Shown: positions 35,526-46,456 of the stretch, in pieces
How positions within the stretch are numbered: position 1 is the stretch's first letter
Layout: each line of letters opens with the position of its first letter
Assembly: GCF_001194135.2 (NCBI RefSeq)
Contig: NC_068987.1
Coordinates: 65,197,242-65,261,241, forward strand
Direction: 5' to 3'
Origin: Octopus bimaculoides
Taxonomy: Eukaryota
DNA length: 64,000 nt
Program-made: the position numbers and the translations under genes
Notes under the pieces: model-generated
Database searches by the model: none
Told to the model about the DNA's origin: nothing
The model's input: only the letters and a program-made list of their open reading frames with translations

Positions 35526-37936
35526 GTTAAACAAAAGAATGTTGTTTAGTCGTTAGTTGTGATCAAACAGACTTGTGATCAAAATCATTCCAACCAGGAC
35601 TATCCCATCCTTTTATAAAACAGAGACTAAATTATTCAAGATATCTTTCATTCGAGAAATTAGGATGTGATTTGAAGGAGCTTTAATTGCTATTTGTAGC
35701 TGTTTATGTACCTGCATAGAATCTCCAACAACTGCTAGTAATAGCTCAGTTAGGTTCATAAGCAGAGAAGAGTAGTTTGGTAATCATAAGAAATGTTGTG
35801 TGCGTAGTAAATACTGTTTCAGGTCAGGTCTCTAGCGTTTTTTTTACACGTGTATCTTGTAAAGAATCAGCAACTGCTCAGATCTGAAGAATTGCCTGGT
35901 TCTGCAGTAACTGGCTATGTTGTAGATATGTAGTTTGTTGTTTTATCACTATAGCAACTAATGTGGCCAGTAAGTTGTTATACACACTTGCATTAGAAAA
36001 AAAAAACAAGAACAAAAAAAAAAAACAAACCCTGACTGGGATCTTAAAATCTCAGACAAATAATAGTAATTGTAAATTCAAATAATTAAACAAAAAATTC
36101 TTATATTTCAATGAGGAAAAGAAAAATTCTATAAATACTATTTAACATTACATATAACCATGGAGTGTAAAAATCCACTCTGGAACTAGATGTCAAGTGG
36201 CTTCTACCGCAACCTTGAGACAACTAATGCCTTGTGAATGGGAATTGATTATTGGAAGTTAGATGGATAAATATATCATCATTGATTAATGTTTGCTTTT
36301 CCATGCTTGCATGGATCAGACAGAATTTGTTTAAGAAGATTTAAGAAGATTTTCTATGGGCAGATACTCTTCTTGTTCTGAACACTCACCCATTTTTGAG
36401 TAAGGTAATATTTTCCCCAAAGCCAGACCCATTTTCATGGCAGACTGGAGGCAAACAGTGTAGCTGGTATGACAATGCTCATTCACAATCATCACATGAT
36501 GTCAAAATAAGGGTAAATACACACACACATACAAATACACATGCAAATAAATATACACACTTAGGGTTTCTTTCAATTGTCATTTATCCAATCCGGTGAC
36601 AAGCATTTGTTTGGCTTGAGTCTATAGTGGGAGATGTTTGCTTAAGGTGCTGCAGAGTAAGACTCAATACAAAACCAAGTGGTTTACATACATTATCCAT
36701 AACACAGATGGGAATTCATTTTGGAGCCTTTTGTTGACTCCATAACGAATTCCTTTCCATTCTACATGGTCATGTTCCACTGAACTGATAACTCCAGAAT
36801 CATATATATATATATATTATTAAGGTGGCTTATTTGCAATTTACAACCAAACTGCACAAGTATAGACGTCACTAAAGCGACAGAGGGTGCTAGTCAGCAC
36901 CAGCATTGCTAGAAATAAGAGTTAGAGCAACTCTTAGCCATAGGGAAGCACTTATCTAATGACTGACAAAGGAGACAAGCTCCCTATAGCAAGTGAGGTA
37001 GAGCCAGATCACCAATTGATGATTTCAGATTTGATTAATCCTCATATCCTATATATTTGAAAATAATATGTATTCTTGTTTTTTATATTATTCATTTGGT
37101 TCTTTATAGATTATTTTTAATAGATAACTTATTTAACACTAAATTATTTAGAAGTTATAGTTTCGTTTCAACATAATATTAGAACTTCGATTTGAATAGT
37201 GTTGATATATTTTCGATTATCTTTGATTAATAATATTTGATTAATAATTAATCTTTATAGTTTATAATATCGTTAAAGGTTTTTTTAAAAATTANNNNNN
37301 NNNNNNNNNNNNNNNNNNNNNNNNNNNNNNNNNNNNNNNNNNNNNNNNNNNNNNNNNNNNNNNNNNNNNNNNNNNNNNNNNNNNNNNNNNNNNNNNNNNN
37401 NNNNNNNNNNNNNNNNNNNNNNNNNNNNNNNNNNNNNNNNNNNNNNNNNNNNNNNNNNNNNNNNNNNNNNNNNNNNNNNNNNNNNNNNNNNNNNNNNNNN
37501 NNNNNNNNNAATAATTTTTCTATCTTTATATAATAAGTATTTCATATTAATTCATTTGGTACTTATTGTTGGTTGAGATATGTATATCTAATTATTGTTC
37601 TACTTACGATCTGACGAGTAGCTATATTTTCTAATAGAATTTATTTTCGATAATTTCAATTGATTTTAATCGATTTAAATTTCTTTTCTATTTGAAAATG
37701 AGTTATGAAACACGTGTAATCTTTTTATTATATTTATCTTATGATATTTACTTTACTTTATATTATACTCATTTATTGTGCTTTTAATTATTAATTTTTC
37801 TATATGTGATAGTGGATTTTCATCGATGAGTTCTTGAAACTTGGTTATTTTTCCCTAAAACTATGTATTTTATCTATAAAGCTCAATTTAATTTTAATCT
37901 TTTTTTACCTGTAATTTTGGATTTTGTCCCTAATAT

Positions 37937-37977
<41 letters not shown>

Positions 37978-39545
37978 TATCATTTGGGGTAGATTAAGTA
38001 CCAGTTAAACACTGGGGTCGATGTAATCAATTAGTCCCCTCCCCCAAAATCTCAGGCTTTGTATAGAAAGGATTATTATTATTATTATTCAGACAATGAG
38101 CAGGCAGAATCGTTAGCATGCTGGGCAAACTGCTTAGCAGCTTTTTGCCTGTCTTTGCATTTGGAGTACAAATGCGCCAAGGTCCCTTTCACCCTTTTGG
38201 GGGTTGATAAAAAAAGTACAGTTGAGTACTGATGTTGATGTAATTGACTTAGCCAATTCCCCCGAAATTGCTGGCCTTGTGCCAAATTTGGAAACCATAA
38301 TTATCATTAAGGCAACGTGCTGGTTGAATTGTTGGCATGCTTAGTGACATTTCATCCATCTTTACACTCTGAGTTCACATTCTGCCAGGGTCGACTTGCC
38401 TTTCATCCTTTTGGGGTCAATAAAATAAGTACGAGTTGAGTATTGGGGTCGATGTAATCGACTATCCCCCAACAAAAAAAATTTCAGGCCTAGTAGGAAG
38501 TGTTATTCCATATAAATTCAATTTTCTTTATTTTATGTTTCCTAAAACATAATCCTTAAAAATTCAATTTTACATTATATTATTATATATCACTAACCAA
38601 ATTATTTCTTATCTTTCTTTTAAAGAAATATTCTGGAAGACAATGGAACTGAAAATATTGCTGTTTTTAATCTCTAATCTGTTCTAGTTGTTTAGTCCCA
38701 TATCAGACCTGATTGAGTTGGCTTCTGATCAAAGGCATTGTAAAATCCTGTTTAATGGGGATGGTAAGGGGTCAGTGTGGTGCAAATTTTTCAGTGGCAA
38801 GGTGCAGGAATAAGGTTTCAGTTTCCAGTCAGAACTGCTCTTCTAACAACTTACAATTAATTTTTATTTGACAAAAATAACAACGTTATCTCTGCACATG
38901 CAGTTATATATGTGGGTGTGAAGGTGTGGATGTTTTTGAGTTTGTACCGTGTGGTGCGTACCAAACAGCAAAAGTATTGTGAAGAATCGCCTAAAGAAGA
39001 TTTAACAATAATTATAAAAAGAAATAAAATAATAATTCAAAATAATTAAGCAAATGAATGAATAAAGTCGTAATTCGAATTGAAATCACCGTCAAAGAAT
39101 TTTGGAACTTAGTTCCAAATTGAGCGCGAATATTTTATGCTACAATATTCGAAAAAATGTCAAAACGTAAAATATAAAAATTTTGCTAAAAAAATGAATT
39201 AATGAATTAAATATTGTACGTTAATGCAGTCAATAGAATCTCCTTCAAGAATAAGAATATTGAGACTGTTTGGCAACAGTTTCAAAAAGTTACTGCCCCT
39301 CTCCTCCCCAAAACACTTTACCAAAATAATTCTTCGCCATTTCCACAGACATTGTCAGCAGACTATATCTTGGAGAGGAAAATATCGAGGGTGGCGAAAG
39401 GATAGAGAGGAAAGAATTCAAAGTGAATTGAAGAAATGAATGGAATCTATCGTTTGGTTACCTTTTTAAGTGTGTTTTGAGTCGTCATGGTATATCTGTG
39501 TGGAACTGCTAATAAACAAACTGTCATTGTTACATTAACGACGCC

Positions 39546-39559
39546 GTTACCACGTTAAC
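39546..39559. promoter_or_regulatory. RFX X-box-like element GTTACCACGTTAAC
   Basis: 12/14 match to GTTACCATGGTAAC, on the DZIP1-facing side of the CpG-rich region. Confidence 0.4.
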
Positions 39560-40091
39560 GATAAACAATGTGTACGACATTATATAGCTGCTTCCTGTTT
39601 TGTAAATTACAATATTTTTGTTAATTTAAAATGAAATGTAGTTAGTTTTATTACGAAACACATATTAACACCGATGTAGAAAAGAATCAATGTCTCCAAA
39701 TAAAAAGGAAATATCTTTAATAACGAAAATTGGCGAGTGCGGCGGACGCATAAGCAGAATAAACTTCCGGAATTCCGAGTTCAAAACCCGGATTTGATAC
39801 CCGGTTAGGGTTATTTCTTGTGTTAAGATCGCACAAAAATAAACCTAAGTCGCTAAATGAGCTTCTCTAAAACTTCTCTACTTCTTATTTTTCTAATTTA
39901 AACTTTTGTGTATATGTAACATATCAATATNNNNNNNNNNNNNNNNNNNNNNNNNNNNNNNNNNNNNNNNNNNNNNNNNNNNNNNNNNNNNNNNNNNNNN
40001 NNNNNNNNNNNNNNNNNNNNNNNNNNNNNNNNNNNNNNNNNNNNNNNNNNNNNNNNNNNNNNNNNNNNNNNNNNNNNNNNNNNNNNNNNNN

Positions 40092-40144
<53 letters not shown>

Positions 40145-40697
40145 CGTTTTTGGATTTGGTTTACAAGATTCTTTATGTGAGTTCGTGATTTGAAGCATAT
40201 TCTATTGTCTGGAGAGTCATTCTCTTTTGGTGCCTTATAATTTAAGACACCCACCGGTAAAATTTCCGCTCATTTCTTTTTTATTTTTCTAAATTTTTTG
40301 TTGTGTGCTAAATAATAAGGCACCATTTTGTGATATTTTTGCTGCATTTTTTAAATAGAAGTTAAGCTTACTTTTATAATAATAATAATAATATATATAT
40401 ATATATATATACATATACCTAAATGTATCGTACAAGTGTTTAAAATTATCATTCGTAATATTGATGAAATCAAATGTAAGTGCAAGGTCGCGATTTTTTA
40501 TGGATGAATATAGGTGATTAAATTCCCCATTACTAATGTCACTAACTCCGGGAAGTCTGGAAAACAAAGTTGTCACAGGAGAAAGACGAACTCAGAATGC
40601 AAAGGGACGTAAACAACTGTGTGTCTTACTCTGCAATCGGTTACTTTCGTATTTTTTCGTCAACCATCGTGACAAATGACCCGGAAGTATATGTTGG

Positions 40698-40716
40698 CCA
40701 ATGGCAGAAAAACACG
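40698..40716 (+). promoter_or_regulatory. ERSE-like ER-stress response element CCAAT-N9-ACACG
   Basis: Exact N9 spacing and 1 mismatch to CCAAT-N9-CCACG; ends 59 bp upstream of the DNAJC3 ATG. Confidence 0.6.
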
Positions 40717-40774
40717 AATAGACAGAACGAATATATTGGCAACGTTGAGGGGTTTGTTAGTTTAATAGAGAAAT

Positions 40775-40841
40775 ATGTTAGGCTCCAGTGATATACCACC
40801 TCTTGTTGCTCTGCTGTTTTCGATCACACTGAAACTGTCGG
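40775..40841 (+). CDS. DNAJC3: DNAJC3 exon 1 (signal peptide [23 protein letters not shown])
   Basis: ATG at 40775, hydrophobic core, G|gtaagt donor, phase 1, which fits exon 2; lies in the CpG-rich region. Confidence 0.85.
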
Positions 40842-43800
40842 GTAAGTAAATGATTCCTTTGTGATTGAGAGATGGAGAGAAATGTAATGCTAAAGAGGTG
40901 TGAATAGAGGAGAAACTTCGTATGTTCGCTTTTCGGTGATGTTAGGGCGAAGAGCCCTTCTCTTACTTTTCATTTGGAAATGAAAATGAAGTGTAATAAT
41001 TATAGACAACAGTTAATACTCCGACAACCATTATTTCATAAACAACGAAAAAGTGCATCTGACATAGGCGTTAAAACGCTCAACTAAATACTTTAACAAA
41101 ATAACTAGACTTGTCCTCCAGTTGTGGTTTCAGTACCATCTCATTGCTTTGCATATTTTTCATTGCCCACCTGGGTCACACATGAATTAAGTATTGTTTA
41201 TGTTCTGGGGCTCGGTATAATCGTCTCTGTCCTTCATTGGTTTTCTTTCAAAATTCGTCTCCTGACTATTAAAAGTAATTATCTAATTAAATGTTTTAAC
41301 CCGCCACCAGGTACGAGAGTTCGTACCTTGCTTCCCCACCTCTCTGTTTCCCTATTTGTCATCACCGCTTGAACAAACGTGATGAAGGTGGAACTCTTGA
41401 TATCGTCTGCTCCACTTTTATAAAAAAAAAATTATTTAAAAACAAACGTTTATTGTTGTTTGTGTCGGTTTTGATTGCGTCTCCCTTTAGATTCTTTTAG
41501 GTTTCGATCCCTCATTGAAATTGCTTCTTTGATTTGTAATTTGGAGAGCAGAAAAAAATTGAACGTTCTCTCATATGAATACTTATTGTAAACTGAGCAA
41601 TTCCCTTAGCTTATCTACTGCTAAGAAGTCTGGATCTGTATATCAACTTCGTTTTGCCACATGCACTAATATGCACTTTTCCGAGTCTTTTGGTTTCTCT
41701 CTCTCTTTGTGTATATAACAAGTATGTCTGCTTCTTTCTCTCCCTCCGATATATATGTTTGTGTGTGTCATTTTGTATTTCTCTCTTGTTTTAACTATGT
41801 ATACCTTCTTACTCTCACTGTCTTATTTCTCCACACATCTCTTTTAATTTGTTCCGATCTCTCTCTTTCTCCCCCCCTTTCTCTCAACCTCTAACTACAT
41901 TAAAAAGGTCTCATTTTGATTTTCCAATAACCAACCCCATCCAGGTTTAGATCCAGAATTTCGAATGTGTGTATGCGTAAACTCAAACTATCTTTGCAAA
42001 GTTTTGCATAAGTCTTTAAAATAGTATCCTCGGGGAGGTAGGCGGTGGGACAGATCCTGTTGACATCGGACGCACACTCACACCACATATAGATTTGTTA
42101 CTTACAATTCCTACTAGTTTCGCATTTCTTTCATGAATGAAAAGGCAGAAGGGTGTGTTATGTGAACTTGGATCCACAGATTGAAACCTGATACGTTTCA
42201 TGCACTCCATCTGTCTGTGTATGTACTCAAAGTACTACAGCTGTTGTTGCTGTTGGTTTATCTATTGTCGTTGTTGTTTAGTCTCAGGTCACTCCAGATC
42301 CAGAAAACTTTTTCTGAAAACTGTCCAGCCATGATCATCTTGTTTTTTTTTTAAGATTGTAATTTGCTGAATTGATGGAAATTTAGCTGTTATTTTTAGC
42401 AAAACTCAGCTACTTCGACGAGATATCATTATTATTGATGGTAGTAATGGTGGTGATGGGTGTGATAATTGTTTTCGTTAGTTGTGAGCGAATCATGTAT
42501 TTATTGGATTGTTATGGTTTTCAGACGCTCGATAGTGGTGGTGGTGGAAGTGATAGTTGCACCAATTGTGTTGGTGAAGGTGGTGTTATTTATATAATAC
42601 GGTTTGCTGTCGTGACCTTATTCCTTTGGACCGGAGCGTTGTTCAATAATAACTATGATCAACAACAGTCAGGCGTCATCGAAGCCATGCAGCTAATCCT
42701 GCTTCACCACATCATCCATACCAGTGACTCAACCATCATAAACATCATCTCTATCACTTTGAGTTAATTACATATCTCATTATTAAAGAGATATTTTTTG
42801 TTAATTTGACTGTTCACAGTTATCCTTGAACTGTTAATTCTTTTAAGAAATTATTACATTGGCTCTGTCACAAAATTTGGTAATTTTTCAGATTAACACT
42901 CGCACGATCTTGACTAGGGTGTTAGGGTTAGCGTTTTAAGGTCAGGGTTAGTGTTTAGGGTTAGGGTTACGGTTAGGGACGGAATTCCCAAACCCTAACC
43001 CTAACACCCTACTGAAGATCGTGCAGGTGTTAATCTGAAAAATTACCCAAAATTTTTGGTATTTATTTAAGAAAATTTGTGGAATGAATCCCAAGGAATA
43101 TACCCCATGAGTTCTCAACAGCACTAAAAGTCTACTGAACTGATTAAAACCTTTGAGATTTAAAAAATGTCTTTATTTAATACAATGGTTCTCAGTCGGG
43201 GTCGACTTGACCCCTGGTGGGGGGAGGTCCATATAGAATTTGAGGATGGGTGAATCCACATAAGTAAAACAGTAAATTGGGGGTCAACGGCAGTATTTTT
43301 GAGGTTAATGGAAAAACTTTGTTTTAGATGTATTTATTGTAAGAATCAGGTGGCCTCACTCTCATTATGTTGTGCTGTTGTTGTACTTTTCTATTGTTTA
43401 CTATACAACTAATAGCATCACTAGATAAGTGAACTCTTAGAGGTACTTATATGTTTTTCTGGACTTCAACAGGAACTTCCACACCTACTATCATCATTCT
43501 TACACAATCATAGTTTGGAAATATCTGTTTACAGTACAGCATATTATTGCAGATCTCTCCCTCATCATCATTTTACATCTGCTTTCCCTGTTGGTATGGG
43601 TTTGATGCATCATCACAGTCTGGGTCAGATCTTATCCAGAATTACTGCTCTCACAAATAGGTTAGGGGACCATCGTTCCTATGGCTGCATGCTCTTCCTG
43701 ATACCAATCACTCCGTAGAGTGTACTGTGCACATTTTATTATAGAACCAAAATTAGAGAGGTTGTTATGACCTTGGAAAAACTATAGGGCCTTTTTGACC

Positions 43801-44038
43801 CTATGCTATTAAAGTTCCTTAGTAGGAAGCTTAAAAACCATTGTTTAACTGCTTATAATTATCTAATACATGATGTGTTGTGCATAAATAGTTATCAGTT
43901 ATTTATGCCACTGAAAAATACTTGATGTGCAAATTAGTTGAGCCATTAAGACAGAGTTCTAATTGGTGATAGGCAGTGGTGATTTGTTATTTCATTAAAG
44001 ATATCTGTTTTGGCTGTGCAGACTTAATCATGAGTGGA

Positions 44039-44069
<31 letters not shown>

Positions 44070-45703
44070 GACATTTATTTCACTTAGCTATTATACATTT
44101 TGTTACACTAATTGAGAAAATAATTATTTAATAAATAATTAAATTAAATTTAGAAAATATGAAGTACACTGTAATAATTATTTAATAATCTTGTATAATT
44201 TTAATTTATAAATACCTTGTAAGATACTCTCCAGCTGTTTATGGCTGGCCAAGATTATCCTGCCTAGAGTGTGGCGGGACATCGACGTCTTGCTGGGATT
44301 CAGCGTTTTGATCAGGCCAACCAAGGTGGAGGACTCCACTACATGCTGTGGTAGCATGTTGTTGACAAACAGGTCTACAATCCTTTTGTTCGCCATAGAC
44401 TAACGGATGCCATTGCCAACAGTTTGGGCAAATGCCTTGATAATGCTGGGCTGGCTTGCTTTCTTTGCACATGGCTGCAACTACTGGCTACTGGCACTGC
44501 TACCAGAAGAATGTCTGTGTTTCCCTTGATCTTCTCCTCAAACTAGATGGCATGCACTGGGTGTTTCCTCTTGACATGTAACAAGTTGTAGAGGCTCGCC
44601 ACTTGTCTCTTGATGGTGGTCTCCTTGGGCTGGCATATGACACACCGGAAGTACAGGATTTTGGCGTTCCTCTTATCCCTTTATGTAAGGACAAAGTTGC
44701 CCCCCATATGGGGCCACAAGTTCTGAGACTTCTAGCTCTCAACTTGAGCAACTTCTGTCTCACCCACAACTGATGCAGACTCCTCTACAGGCTCTTGATC
44801 CTTAAGTCGAGCAAAAACGTCTTCGCCTTCCATAACGATAAGCCAGTATCATAAACTGCTGTTGCTGACACTGTAAGACTGTCTGTAAACATTGTAAGTG
44901 AACATTGTAAGTGAACACAACTCAAAACTGCAGAGTTACACAATACTGCTCAGCTAGCTGCTGCTGCATCGATCTATCACATCTTGTCACGTATGCACAT
45001 AGTCAGCCAATAGCTTACCTGATGGACTCTTTGAGACACAATCACAACAGACAAAAACAAACGTATGAATTTTGTTTGCAGACCCAATTTTAGCGAAAGC
45101 TAACTATTCAGCTAATGGTTTCAAAGTTAGTGAAAATGCTAATCCACTAAATGAAAAGTTAGCTTCACTAATTAGCTGTTAGCAGATTAGCGGAACTGTG
45201 CCCACCACTGGTGGGAGGTTTAAATAATGAGTTACCATAGGTTCTCTTCATAGGCAGAGAAATGAGGATGATTTGTTTTGTGGTTAACTTTCAGCAAACT
45301 ATGAAACATGTCAAGACAATTCCTTTTTATTCTTCTGTATATGAAGAGAGAACAAGATGTATGCACAACTATTTAAAGTTGCACAATGGAAAGTTTAAAA
45401 ACTAGCTTAACTACTACCGATTATTTTATCTTAGCTTATCTAATACAAACTGTTCTGTGTATGTGTGTGTATGTGCATACATATATAGATAGATGTATGT
45501 TTTCTTTTACTTGTTTCAGTCATTTAACTGTAACCATGCTGGAGCACCACCTTTAGTCAAACAAATCAACCCCAGGACTTATTCTTTGTAAGCCCAGTGC
45601 ATATTCTATCGTTCTCTTTTGCCGAACCACTATGTTACGGTGACGTAAACACGCCGACATCGGTTGTCAAGTGATAGTGGTGGGAATAAACACAGACACA
45701 CAA

Positions 45704-45738
<35 letters not shown>

Positions 45739-45952
45739 AAATATACAATGGGCTTCTTTCAGTTTTTGTCTACTATATCCACTTATAAGGCTTTGGTCAA
45801 CCTGAAGCTATACTAGAAGACACTTGCCCAAAGTACCACACACTGGGACTGAACCTGGAACCATGTGGTTGGGAAGCAAGCTTCTTATCACACAGCCACT
45901 CCTGCACCTATATAGTATGTATATCTATGTATCACTATATAGTATGTATGTA

Positions 45953-45987
<35 letters not shown>

Positions 45988-46416
45988 GGGAGAATATACA
46001 AAAAATAACAACAGACGAGGACAGGTGGTGTAAATAACAAAAGTATATATTAGTATGACGCTCGGGAATACGGAAAGTCTTTGACGTTTCGAGCTACGCT
46101 CTTCAACAGAAAGAATACGGAGACAAGGAGAAAAACACGGAGAAAAAAAATTGAATAGTGTTCAGTCAACGGTCAAATATATATATGATATTTTTATGAA
46201 CAAACCCAAAAGGTTTTGTGAGTTATGGAGAGAAAGCTACTATAGAAGGCTCATAGCGACGAAAATATTTTGACAAATTAAATATAAATGTTGAAGTGAA
46301 TCTAACGGCTTTTGTGTGTTATTTTAAATGGCTTATAAACATCTTCCAAGCTGCAATTGTTTTCGTTCCAGCACACGATCTCAGATCAGGTCACTTGCTA
46401 TGCAAGTACATCTCGG

Positions 46417-46456
<40 letters not shown>

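Larger units (their letters stand above)
38950..41560. promoter_or_regulatory. CpG-enriched putative bidirectional promoter region, including DNAJC3 exon 1
   Basis: CpG dinucleotides are visibly denser than in the flanking introns and SINEs are absent. ETS cores ACTTCCGG (39763-39770) and CCGGAAGT (40681-40688) point in opposite directions. An N-gap lies at 39931-40090. Confidence 0.65.

Noticed and set aside
37030-37900. Mitochondrial insertion (NUMT)
   Set aside because: AT-rich, but I recognise no mitochondrial gene, rRNA or tRNA motif; left as an unexplained segment.
40735-40745. ERSE-II (ATTGG-N-CCACG) call for ATTGGCAACG
   Set aside because: Both the spacing and the sequence deviate; kept only as an inverted CCAAT box.
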